Source: Parasitella parasitica NRRL 2501
Taxonomy: Eukaryota; Fungi; Mucoromycota
Length of the DNA: 58,681 nucleotides
Direction of reading: 5' to 3'
NCBI GenBank assembly: GCA_025201805.1
Contig: MU619316.1
Span: 1 to 58,681, forward strand
In this document: positions 36,900-53,179 of the stretch, piece by piece
How the letters are laid out: the number at the start of each line of letters is the position of its first letter
Numbering within the stretch: the stretch's first letter is position 1
Notes under the pieces: model-generated
The model's database searches: none
The model's input: the letters and a program-made list of their open reading frames with translations, nothing else
What the model was told of the DNA's origin: nothing
Made by a program: the position numbers and the translations under genes

Positions 36900-37977
36900 A
36901 AGGTTGCTTTGTAAAAAGTTCTTTTTTTTTTTTTTTTTTTTTTTATGTGGGTGTATACGATTTCAGAGCGGCGTGTTACACCAAAGTTGAATGTTGGCTT
37001 GGGATATGCTCTCTGCTAGTGTTTGTTTTTACTGCAATTATTTTGTGCTGTGAAAAGAAAGAAATATGGATATCAGATGCTTTATTATTCTTGAGCAGGT
37101 TAGAGAAGAAACAAAAGAAAACAAAAAAAAGAAAAAAAAAAAAGTGCACAAGAACGGAAGCAAGAAGCAAAAGAAACAGATACATTAGCTGCCGGAACCA
37201 AATGAACGTTTGCTGGCCACGTCACATTGTTTAATGACCATGATGGCAACCTCGTAATCGGCCAAATTGCTCCGTACATCAAGCTGCTGCTGCTGCTGAT
37301 TCTAATCACAACGCCTTGCTTGGAGGCGAATCAGTATTTCAACATTAACTCGGGTTCCAGTCCGGGCTTCAAGGCACCATGTTCATGCTTTAGTGTCGTT
37401 TCTGCTGTAATATGGTACACACTTGATTTTGCTGCAAACAATAAGGCATCCGCAGCAGAAACTGACCTGCTTGGAGAGTCGTTTTGAGTTTGTCTTTGGT
37501 AAGCATTTCCTTTGGGTCCTATGAATAATCACATAATTTCGCTTTCATAATGATGATGATGATTTGTTGTCTGTTTATCACTTTTCAACTTGGGATTAAT
37601 TGGGACAACTTGCAGTGATAGCCGACTGTCAGAAAGTGAATACCACGAGCCACTGGTAACGGCTTTACATAAACCCATGATTTGAATATGTTGTATACAT
37701 TCGGACATACCAAAAAGCTATCAGGGGATCTCTTTCCTAGCTTGTCCCTTATTGTTCCACTGACCACTCGAATGCTGCCCAAGAATATATAGTGCCAGCC
37801 ATTTGATGGTTGACCACAATAAATGGATTAATGAATCACCCAACTGATTGTTGTAATGATGCTGGGGTTTAAATTCATCGACAACAACGAAACATCAAAT
37901 AAAAGCGTAAAAAGCAGCCAAGGCTCTTCTTGCTTCTAAAAACTTTTTTTTTTTTTTTTTTTTCTTCACCACGCAAT

Positions 37978-41988
<4,011 letters not shown>

Positions 41989-41997
41989 ATCTGAATG

Positions 41998-42056
41998 TAA
42001 TAATAATAATAATAACAATAACAATAACAATAATAANNNNNNNNNNNNNNNNNNNN

Positions 42057-42085
<29 letters not shown>
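41998..42085. repeat. (AAT/AAC)n tract and poly-A flanking a 20-N assembly gap (42037-42056)
   Basis: Low-complexity repeats on both sides of the N run. Confidence 0.9.
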
Positions 42086-42087
<2 letters not shown>

Positions 42088-42205
42088 CCTCCCCCCATCC
42101 CCAATATTATCTCCCAAAAGAGCATTATGTAGATCACTCAAAACACATCTTGATTCTTTAGATTTTCAACTTGATTTATTGAATACATGGAACGATAAAG
42201 AAAAT

Positions 42206-42977
42206 TTAAGCAGTTTGCTTCTTGGCAGCAGCAACAGCAGAGCCGACAGCAAAACGACGCTATACAACGGGAAAAAAAACAAGTGAGTCAATTGACATGG
42301 GCACAAAATCACAACAGAGTAACTTACTTGGTTTTTCAATTTCAACAACTTGAAACGGTCGAAATCGGTCAAAGTAGCACGAGTCTTGCGTTGTTCAAGC
42401 TTCTTGGCCCAGGCAGTCTTGTTCCAGGCGGCAACAGTATCGTTCTTTTCTAAAGCCTTCTTGAGAGCAGATTGACCGATAGCACGGGGGAGGTTCTTGA
42501 GGACAAGAGGAGTCAAGACCATGCGACGGAAAGGGAAAGCTTGACGAATGACACCAGTGGTGGGACCATCGATGAGAGCACGGTTGTGGTCAATAATGTC
42601 AACAATGACGGCCAACTTGCCGGCATCAGCACCGTAGTTAATGAGGACAACACGACCAACTTCGACTTGACGCTTGAAAGTACCTTGCTATTGAATAGAA
42701 TTAAACATTAGCAATTCTCTTCCTCCCCACCCTGGCAATTTACAACAAAAAAGAAATGAGCATGATAGCAATCGATTGAATAAGCATTTCGTCCCCGAGA
42801 GTGCTGTGTGTTTGCGGTTGGCACATTATAAATTTTTGACGCATCCAATATCCAAATTCATTGATGAATCCATCCTCAATAATGTTGGTAGAGCTGTTAT
42901 CCATCGCTTATCGATCGATGCTTACCAGGCCATTTCCTTTTCGTATTGACATGATTTGTATAAATACATACCACCAT
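42206..42977 (-). CDS. RPL14: 60S ribosomal protein L14 (eL14); 3 exons, the first coding exon is only ATGGTG
   Basis: MV|[50 protein letters not shown]. Intron 1 at 42688-42971, intron 2 at about 42263-42327. Confidence 0.95.
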
Positions 42978-43612
42978 GGTTGATATTCTGGATGGTCTAG
43001 AGAAAGAGAAGGTGTGCTCATGGTAGCACTGGTTGATTTCATTTTACATGGTAAATCCCCGCTCGATAAACAAAAAAAAAAAAAGGTTCGGCGACAACGC
43101 AACTCCTTGTATCGAGCGTATCCGGTTCGAAGAATCTCCACACCCAGCTAGTGCCAATTGACCAGTTCGCCCTTTCAACACCCTGAATGAATGGCCTGGC
43201 TCCATTCAAAAGAACATTTGTCAAAACATATTCACAATATGCTGATTCGTGTTTTAAGCAAAGGGAGCTCGTGTTTTATTGAATGTCTCGACTACACTTT
43301 TTTTTTCGGTATTACGGCCACTGATAGCGCCGCCGTCCCCCGGACGTTATAATTGATGCAGTGCATAGCAATTTGTTACAAAAAAAAAACCTTGTGATAT
43401 CGCATCAGTGACGCTGCAAACAACAATACACACCACGCATTTCCTCCTTTGGTCCCATTTATGCGAAATCACCATATTTAAAAGTGGTGTTGGTCGAGAA
43501 AACATGCTTTCAGTACCTCAAAAATGTGGAAAGATTGAATCAATCAGCTTCATTGACAGAGTATCTTTTTTTTTTTTATTTCAATAAACAGACCATCTTG
43601 CAACATATAATC

Positions 43613-44529
43613 TTAACCATTCAGCTTTTTCCATTGAGTGTTCATGGCCAACAATGAGGTAATGATACTAGTTTTCCCAAGTTAACAATGAATGTCTTTT
43701 TTTGTTTTCTTTTACGACTGAACAACTTACCCAGCAAGACCAACAATGCCTTCATCGGCCTTTAACCAACCCAAGCCAGCAGAAGGAATGATTATGTCAA
43801 CAGCATCTGAAATAAAGGTGTATCGGGTAGTGTACTTGTCTCTACATGGACCATTGTGAAATAATGTCAATACCGCTATTGTTGCAAATTCATAGATACA
43901 TGTATATACCTGGCCAATGCCTTTTCTTGAGTCTTTAAATCAGCAATTTGACTTTCTGATTTCTCTTCTGTGTTGACAATAGCTTTGCGAGACTTCTCAA
44001 GCATATGCTCACGGACACTCAATTGCTTAAACTTGTACAAACCAGAGATCAAAGAAGCTGCAATTGCAAAAAACCAGCATTTCTGACCAAGTTCCGTGAT
44101 CTTTTTGATGTTGGCAGGCTTGTAAAAGTTGATAGAGTTGGACTAGCACATTACGTTTGGTTAGTCGTCCATGTAAACCAATTTAGAGCACAGGCTTACC
44201 AGCACAAAGACTTCGCTCAGGTAGTAAAAGAACATGCCAGCTTGCTTAGCAACGGCAGTGAAACGTAAAACCTCATCTTGGATGCTTAAGCTCTTGATAC
44301 CAGTCTGAGCAAACTCAACAGGCTTCAAAAGACGGAAAAACTTGCGGCCATTACCAAGATGAGTCTTGAGGTTTACCCAGCGTTGAATTGTGTCCTTGGG
44401 AGCACCGTTACGGAACAAATAGAAGGCATAAAATCGAGCAAAATATTGGACAAAGCGACAAAGCTTCTCCCGGCCAACTGTTGTGTTTAAATAGCGATTG
44501 AAAGCATCAACACCTGAGTGACTAAGCAT
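43613..44529 (-). CDS. PEX11: Peroxisomal membrane protein Pex11; 4 exons
   Basis: TTVGREKLCRFVQYFARF, GNGRKFFRLLK and C-terminal DAVDIIIPSAGLGW..GIITSLLAMNTQWKK. Confidence 0.92.
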
Positions 44530-45904
44530 GTTTGCAAAAAGATTTAAAAAAAAAAAAAAAAAAAAAAAAAGGTAGTAAAGAAAAAGGTGTGTAATGTAAA
44601 TTGCACTGGGCGTGGTAAAATAGAAGGCAGGATTATACCTTTTCCGTGACAGTCATTGCCCTTTTCAGCTGCTTTAATGACTAAAGGTATATGTTGTTTG
44701 GGATCCAAAGGATCTCTTCTTGGTCGTTTTCACGCTCAGTTTAAAGCGTTCATCTTCTTTATGTCATTTTCATTGTGTAGCAGGTTACTATGTTCCCATC
44801 TTTTATTATCCATAAAGTCACAAAAATGATGGCCATGACTGATACATTTCAATTGGCCTCACAACACCCAGAGAACATTTGCTCTTGAAGTCGAAGGGGA
44901 GCACATTTAAGGCCACCAATACATGTGCATTTACTTATTGTCCGATTAGCTAGTTTCATTAGTTTCTCTCACTGTACTGTAAGTACTGTATATAGGTCTG
45001 TAATATGTTCATGAGCAAGCTGACGGGAATATGAACACGATACATTGGTTCATAGCTGTTAAAGTGAGGCTCGAGCTCTGTTGCTCATGTCGGTATGCCT
45101 CGCTCTGGTAATCATAACCAAGCGACATTTTCAAGTGTGGTCAAATTTTCAATGAAAGTAAGGATAATAGATGTGCCAAAGAAAGACTATTTTTTCTTGA
45201 GGATGCTATGCTTCCTCCCGCAGTTTCACAATATATAGATAAATACTTTGCCAGCATCAACATGTCGTAATCAAACATATTAGCTTGTGATTTTGTTAAT
45301 TATCACATGAAAACCAATTATGTTGCGCAACTCTTGGTACGGTACTAGTCGTTTATTAGATCAAATGCAAAAAAAAACCAAGAAAATTAGAAATGTTATA
45401 AAAAATACAAGGCAGCAAAGTAGCTTATAGGGAACAAAGCATTGTTAATATTGTGTATATGAAGTTATCCATTTATTATTATCTTTAAACAAGAATTGTT
45501 TATCGATATATAGCTATATTAAACGATGCTACATCTGACAAATAGAGAATGTTTGGATCATTACAGCCACCTCAAATGTTGGCGCATCATAATGTCTTGA
45601 AGAGGCGGTAGTTGATTTTTCTTGCCCTGACGATCAAGCTGATTGGCAGCAAATGACACCCCAATGTGCGTTTCATATTTGTTTGTTTGCCTTGGATACT
45701 TGCAACACAACAAATGGGCATGAAGACAAGGAAAAAAAAAGCACAGATCATCAAGATGGTACAAAAACCCATATTTGCTTCCGGGTATGTCATTTGAAAT
45801 GTCATGAATCAAGCAGGAAATGGGGGGGCGGGTGGGGGTGCTTACACATAATGTTGGGCAACACCAAAGTTTGTATTTACTATTATACTTTATTCACGTA
45901 TATA

Positions 45905-47378
45905 TTAATCGACAAGTGTTCTCCAAGCCTCCAAGTGACGCTTCAATTTGAGTATACTTTGATCCACTTGCTTTGGCGTCTCGACCTTTAATCCATCCAA
46001 ATAACGTTTGATAGCAATAGCGGCTTCGTCCGTTTTGCCTTTAACAGAGGATTTTTGATTTCTGAACGTTTTTTCGAGGTATTTCTGGATCCAATCAATA
46101 TGAGCCTCGGTGTAGCCTAGTTTACGATAGGCATCATGCTCCTTTTTTCTCCAGAAATGGGCAAAGGATTCTTTCAATTCACTGGGATCAAGGTCGTGAA
46201 TTTTGTTGGTAGCATACGAAGCAGCAGAAGAAGCCTTGGAAAGAGCAGAGTGGACGGTACGAGAATGAGCCATTGATTTAGATGAAGAGCTCCAATCGCT
46301 AGAGAGAGAACTGGCGATAGATTTGACAGAAGCTGTGGCTTTCTTGGCAGTATCTTTAGGTTTCTTCAATTGCTGCATTCTGAATATTTTTTCAACATGT
46401 GCTTGGCATGATCTAAAAAACGACTTGATCTGATACCACACATCCTCACAGCCATACTTTACTTTTTCAAACCAGTTTCTAACATGATCTTTGGCCTGAC
46501 CAGTGTATTCAAGGCCAAATATCTTGTAACCGTTTATATCGCGGTTGATGGAATCAATAATCTTGTCCAGCTGCTCCTTCTTGAGTTGGGTTTCCTTGGA
46601 GATGGATTGAGAGAGATTATCAAGCCAAGCCTTATCACCAAGACGATGTATATCAGTGTTTGAGATGCTAGTGCGGATTTGCTCACCCACGTCCTTTGCT
46701 TGCTCTTTAGTTAGGCCGCCAATATGGGAAGTATGATCCATCACAGATTGCATCCAGTGATTGAAAGAGGTAGCACCGTCATCAATAATATTTGATTTGC
46801 CCGAAATAACGCGCTGGAACCAAGAGGGTCGTTCATAGTGAGCCTCGACTGCATGGTATGTCTTTTGCCATTGTTCCTCGGTCATTAGCTTTTGTTTCAC
46901 AGCTTGGTGGTGAACCTTATCCAGAACAGCTTTAACACGCTCCTTTGATAACTGGCCCTTGATCTCCAATTGACGCAACTGATGCTTCAAATCGGTCAAA
47001 AAGCTGTCGACATCATTCTTTGCCAAATAAGTGTTTCTGCTTAGCGTGTCAGTGAAGCCATACAGGATTTGATCGACATTTGTGCCCAAAAAGTACTTTG
47101 CGTTCGCGGTAGCAGCATCCTTGTAAGTCTGAGCAATCTCACTGAGAGATTTGGGATCTGAATATCTGTCGTATAAGATCCTGTACTTGTTAAAGTACGT
47201 GCCCACATTATCCTTTGTCCACTCATTGACCTCTTCTGTTCGCACTGATGGTTGGAATACGGTTACACTACCGATCTCTGTATTTTCAATGCACATAACA
47301 CATACCGATAGCAGAGGATTGCCTTGCGAATAACAGGATAAATGCGGCAATGGTAGTTGTTAGAATCAGTAATTTCAT
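45905..47378 (-). CDS. Hypothetical secreted/ER-lumenal helical protein with signal peptide; 2 exons
   Basis: The ATG at 47378 gives MKLLILTTTIAAFILLFARQSSA. A GTATGT..CAG intron (about 47247-47306) joins it to the long ORF. No family recognised. Confidence 0.7.
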
Positions 47379-47943
47379 ATTGATGGAAAATGAAAGAAAA
47401 GCAGACGACACATTTCATGCTAAATGTTGCTTTTCAAATCATGTTTCACTGTGTCTCGGTCATATATACGTAACTTTATTGTGATTCAAATGGCTCGATA
47501 TGACAATGGGCTGTTTCAGACTGGCAATGAATTATATGTCCAAAATATGTTTGATTGCTGGGGGGGGGGAGTGGGGGCGCTGATAATATATATACGTCTG
47601 CGACTAACGTATTAACCTTTTTTATAAAACTCGCAATTTGTTAATTCTGATTTGTCTAAAAGATATCCAATATGTGGAGCAAATGATAGGATAGGGGTGA
47701 TTTTTGATGGCTACTTTATGCTTGCACAACTTCCTATTGGATGGTTACACCCCAAAGTTGTCCCCACTACCCAACAATTCATGTAATCCTCCAAGACCGT
47801 ATAAAAAGGGCCTTGCCAAGCGTCAAAGATGTGGTTTAATCAGATCTTCTTTCTTATTACAACAAAAGGCATCTCGAATATTATCTCCTTCTCTTTTTTT
47901 ATTTTATTTTTTTTTATATAGAAAAGAAACAAACAAACAAATC

Positions 47944-49436
47944 ATGTCGAATATAGCAACATTAACATCGATTGAACGCACAAAGACGGAGTCTATGAAG
48001 CCTCCTCTGCCCAAGACAAAGATGCCTCCACTCTTTGATCAGCCAGTTACAAGCAAAAACTGGACCAAATTTGTTAATTGGCCTCAGTCCATTTTGCTGC
48101 TTGCTACCCCACTCATTGCCTTGTACGGCATCTTCACAACTGAGCTGACAAAAAAGACAATGATCTGGGCAATTACCTACTATTTCATCACTGGTCTGGG
48201 CATCACTGCTGGCTATCATCGTATGTGGTCTCATCGTGCTTACCGGGGTACTGATACCTTGCGCTGGCTCATGAGTTTTGCCGGTGCTGGTGCTGTAGAA
48301 GGTTCCATCTATTGGTGGTCTAGAGGACATCGTGCTCATCACAGGTAACTCCCTCTTTTTTTTTTTACTCTTAATAAACTGTATTTTAGACTCGTAACTA
48401 ACTCATCATTCTCTGCAGATGGACCGACACCGATAAAGATCCTTACAGTGCTCACCGTGGTTTCTTCTTTTCTCATTTCGGTTGGATGTTGGTTCAGCGT
48501 CCCAAGAATCGAATCGGCTATGCGGACGTTGCTGATCTTAAGGCTGACCATGTCGTTGCTTTCCAACACAAGTATTATCCCTACTTTGCACTTGGCATGG
48601 GCTTTATTTTCCCTACTTTGGTTGCTGGTCTTGGATGGGGCGATTTCAGAGTAAGTTGATAATTCCGTTGTCCCCAAAAAGCTTGACTTAACCAAAGGCT
48701 TTTGTTATAGGGCGGCTACTTTTACGCCGGCGTTCTTCGTTTAGTATTCGTTCATCATGCTACTTTCTGCGTCAACAGTTTAGCACATTACCTGGGCGAG
48801 TCTACCTTTGATGACCACAACACTCCTCGTGATAGCTGGGTCACTGCCTTGGTTACAATGGGTGAAGGTTACCACAACTTCCACCACCAGTTTCCTCAAG
48901 ATTACCGCAATGCTATTAAATTCGGCCAATACGATCCTACTAAATGGCTCATTACTGTCTTGTCGTGGTTTGGCTTGGCTTATGAATTAAAGCAATTCCC
49001 CACAAATGAAGTGACCAAAGGTCGTCTCTTTATGGAAGAGAAGCGTATTCAAGCCCAAAAGGCCAAGCTCTACTATGGTACTCCTCTCAAGGATTTGCCC
49101 ATCTATACTTGGGAAGAATATCAGTCACTGGTCTTGAATGACAACAAGAAATGGGTGCTTATCGAAGGCGTCCTGTATGATGTTGAAGAGTTCATGAAGG
49201 AACATCCTGGTGGAATGAAATACCTCTCTACTGCTGTTGGCAAAGACATGACCACTGCCTTTAATGGTGGTATCTACAACCACTCTAATGGCGCTCGTAA
49301 TCTGCTCACATCGCTTCGTGTCGGCGTACTTCGTAATGGCATGCAAGTTATGACCGAAGCTGATGCTACAGCGTCCATCTACGACGATTCGCTTGAATTT
49401 GATGCCAAAGCTGCTCTCTTCAACAAGAGCAAGTAG
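47944..49436 (+). CDS. OLE1: Delta-9 acyl-CoA desaturase with C-terminal cytochrome b5; 3 exons
   Basis: His boxes HRMWSH, HRAHH and GEGYHNFHH, plus the b5 motif HPGG. TATAAAA at 47800. Confidence 0.97.
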
Positions 49437-50005
49437 TGTCTATGTATTTTTCATTCTACATTTATATATTTTTAGCATGTATATCCCTTTTCTCTTCCTT
49501 TTCTATATATAAAAAAAAATCCATTCTCTTCTCTTTATCCCCCCCCCCCTTTATAAATAATAAAATCATCAATCAATCTGAATTTTGACGCAAGCAGCTG
49601 AAAAGTAGAATAGCAATGTCTACAACCTTCCATGCAGACGTTAGCCCAAGTTTCATAAGCTTTATTCTCACTGCGCTTTTTTTTTTGAGGTATTGGACCT
49701 GCAACTCGTTTTACTTTTTGGCGCAATACCACAACAGGTGATTGCGGAATACATAGTACTATAGCTTGCAGGTATAACAAGTAATTGAATACTGCAAACA
49801 CTTGAGTGATGAGCCTCGTTTTCTTACTATTAACTATAGGAATTTTGCTTGGTTTTTTTTTTCCAATATAAAACTACTGCATGTAAACTTCTTGAATTTC
49901 AAAATTCGTGGTCCTTTAAAAAAAAACTCTTAAATGTTAAGAGGTTCCTAGACCAAGCCTATTCTTCTATTTTCTCTCTTCTATCTCTATTTTTCCTTTC
50001 AGATC

Positions 50006-50666
50006 ATGCTCTCTAGTAAACTTGCTTCCGCTGCATTCAGATCAATGTCTACATTGACTCGTGTTCGTAAGTAAATGGCGTAGAATTCAGCGTTGGTCTC
50101 ACGCGCTTCAACAACAACGATAGATACTACTGGTGCACCAGCTGCGATTGGACCTTATGGTAAGTAGTGAACTATGTAACTATGCGTCAATGCGCAATAG
50201 CTGACACAGTAAAAGCTCAAGCTATCAAGGTGAATGGTATGGTTTACACCTCAGGATCTCTCCCTGTCATCCCAGAGTCTGGTATGTTCCTCGACAATTC
50301 AAATGTGTGCAGGTATTCAAGAAATTTATAGGTAACGTTATTGAGGGAGGCATCACTGAACAGACACACCAAAGTTTATCAAACATGGCAGCTGTTCTCA
50401 AGGAGTCTGGATCTGGATTAGACAAAGTTGTCAAGACTACTGTGTTTTTGAGGGATATGAACGACTTTGCCGCCATGAATGATGTTTATGCTAAGGTAAG
50501 GTTGCAATAAAAGGAAATATTTAATTCAATAATTCAACACATGTCCTTAATATGTTTCCTTTTATAGTTTTTTGACAAGCATCAGCCTGCTCGTAGCGCC
50601 GTTCAAGTCGCCCGTCTCCCCAAAGATGTTGCTGTTGAAGTCGAATGTGTTGCAGTTGCTGAATAA
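50006..50666 (+). CDS. MMF1: RidA/YjgF/YER057c enamine deaminase (Mmf1/Hmf1-like); 5 exons
   Basis: [37 protein letters not shown] and [23 protein letters not shown] after splicing. Confidence 0.93.
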
Positions 50667-50738
50667 ATCTTTGCCTTCGTATAATATACACTGCTTTATT
50701 TCGGTTTATGTATTATTGTTATTATATATTTTTTCTTT

Positions 50739-51137
50739 TTAAATGACACAAGTAGCTCCACCACTCTGTAGAGAAAATTCAGTATGGGAAATGTAAAACG
50801 ACGCAGTTTCATTTACCTCAATGGCCTCCATTTCAGCCTCTGAAATAGGAGCACGCTTATACTTTGCGGCCAATTGGCTAAACTCAAGGATACCTTGTTG
50901 TTGAGACGAGGCAGCAGCGGGAGCAGTAGCCTTTGATGCTTCAGCGACGTGCTTGACGAGATTAGGTGGTGTTAAAGGATGAGGACCAGTGTGATGGGGA
51001 GCATCTACATCACATTAAACTTTAGTAAACGTACATTTCAATTCAACACATATCTGACCCTTCCAGAGATTGACTCTAGGTCCCAAGAAGCGGATTAAAG
51101 GTTTGTGAGCCGCACGTAAAGTAGTTGTAGGCTGCAT
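50739..51137 (-). CDS. KGD4: Kgd4/Ymr31 (MRPS36) alpha-ketoglutarate dehydrogenase adaptor subunit; 3 exons, absent from the ORF track
   Basis: Spliced product MQPTTTLRAAHKPLIRFLGPR..HPLTP..LAAKYKRAPISEAEMEAIE|SGGATCVI, which has the P-x-I-x-F-x-G N-motif and E-x-E-A-I-x-SGGA C-motif of this family. Confidence 0.85.
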
Positions 51138-51147
51138 ATTTGGTGTT

Positions 51148-51180
<33 letters not shown>

Positions 51181-51515
51181 GTGAAGAAAAATAGAAATAC
51201 CAAATTTTGTTAAATCCCTGGGCAATCCATCATTGCAATTATAGTGACCCCAGATTTTTTCCGAAAAAGCTATGCAACTGCGAACATCCCCACACAGCCA
51301 TGAAACGGCAAACTACATGCACTGGCTGCGTCACGAGTAGTTGGTGCTCTTTTCAGTTCATCCTACAGCGTCATTTTACAGTTTTTCTAGTAGCATCTTT
51401 TGTCTTTGGCTCTCTTTCTCTTTCTATCTCTATCTCTATCTCTCATCATCGTTCCAGGAAACTTACTCTAAATCTACAGCATTTCTTGTGTAGAGACCTC
51501 TTTATGAACCAGTAA

Positions 51516-52772
51516 ATGGACTCCGAGGCGATATCCCGAGTAAGGTTTTTATTTTGGTTGTTCTAAATTACATGCTAAAACGGTAAATTTAGCCCTTGGA
51601 TCATCCTCATTCACATGCAAAAAAACCTAACCAACGTTGGTCCATGTTAAACTCAAATGGTAAACATGAAAATAGTTTCTTGCAACAAGCCTATTAACGA
51701 CATATAGCAGAAAACCACTTGATTAAAGACCGAAGAGCAAGCGTACTTCCTGTTACAGATTCTTATCAAGACGATTGCAAATACTATTCAGATAAACATG
51801 ATATTACACATGATGTCAAGGTTTGTACATACTAAGCGAAACATCAATTTAGCAGCAACGATTGATATTCTAAACAGCCAATAACGTCCCATTCAACACC
51901 TTCAATATCGCAGCAAGATCTCAATAAGTCGCTCGATCCCACTGAGCGAATTCAATTTTTGCGTGAAATGGAACAAGCAAGAGAGGATTTAGCCGAATTC
52001 CGAAGAAATATGGCTGGGCTAGTCGAGCAAATGGATGGCATTGCTGTTGACTTGGAGAAATCAAAAGATAGAGTGTGTAAGTTGTGTTTTCCAGCGAATA
52101 CATACGGATGTTAATGCTGTTCTTAGCTGAAATCGAGCAAGATCTAACAGCAACAGAAGAAGTAAATGTTAATCTTCAAGTTTTACTAGAGAGAGCTGTC
52201 AAAACGCAAAGGGAATCAGATGTGTTTGCAACGCAAGCCATCAAAAACATGTACTCGGATTTAGCATCGGTAAATTGCACCACGCATAACATGGACAATA
52301 CGTATTCATCATTATTCAGTAGGTCGTTTACGAAAACAGTCAACTGCAAGGAAGGCTGAAGTCTATTGAAAACCAGCAAAAAGAACAAAAAGGAAGTGTG
52401 CACGATATTGTGAAGAGGATGTTTGAATACACGCAAATGCTTGAGCAGGCTCAAGGTACAATTCATATGTTACAAGAACCACGGCTAGTCAAGCGTGCGT
52501 CTATCGCACCAACCACGACATCAGATTCTCGTCGAACAAGTCTTGTCTCTTTCTACGACGACGATAACTCTTCCATAGTGTCTAACTTGACCACAAAAGA
52601 ATCACACTTGAACACAACAAGCAGGCGAACTGGATCTACCTATATACAATCACCCCCACTGGGCCCCCAATCATCATCGCCTTTATTGAAACCGCAACAA
52701 GGTCTGCGGATGCTATTTGATAGCCGTGGAGGAAATTACGCTGGCTTAGGCTCCATTGCATACAAAAAATAA
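51516..52772 (+). CDS. Hypothetical coiled-coil protein; 6 exons
   Basis: Five GT-AG introns give a continuous frame MDSEAISR|PLDH..REMEQAREDLAEFRRNM..EIEQDLTATEEVNVNLQVLLERA..MFEYTQMLEQ, then an S/T-rich tail. Confidence 0.75.
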
Positions 52773-53179
52773 CATACGGCACTATCACCCTATTTACATA
52801 ACCTATTCTTGTATCCCCTTTTAAATGCATTATCACTTCATCCCTCCTTCATTCTCTTTATCTGTAAAACTTCTACTAATAATACACAACTAATGTTTAT
52901 AATAAATATATGCTATTCTATCATTACTATGTAGCAGGATGATCGCTTTCAATTGACACGATGCTATTTTGACCAATCAGAACGATGATAATTGGCATTT
53001 CGTAAAAGCCCTGTCAAACAAAAAGTAATTTGTTTCGGACTCAATCGACATTGCTACACGGTCGTGAACAGGCTGAATCACCCCCCCCCTGTGCGTTTAT
53101 TCATCGATTTTTACCTCTATTTTCCCGTGTTTTTCTTTTGTTTTCTTTCTTTCATTCGACTTATTCCTTGATTCGCAAA

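Noticed and set aside
42688-42971. Intronic C/D-box snoRNA in RPL14 intron 1
   Set aside because: No RTGATGA/CTGA box pair found on the sense strand.
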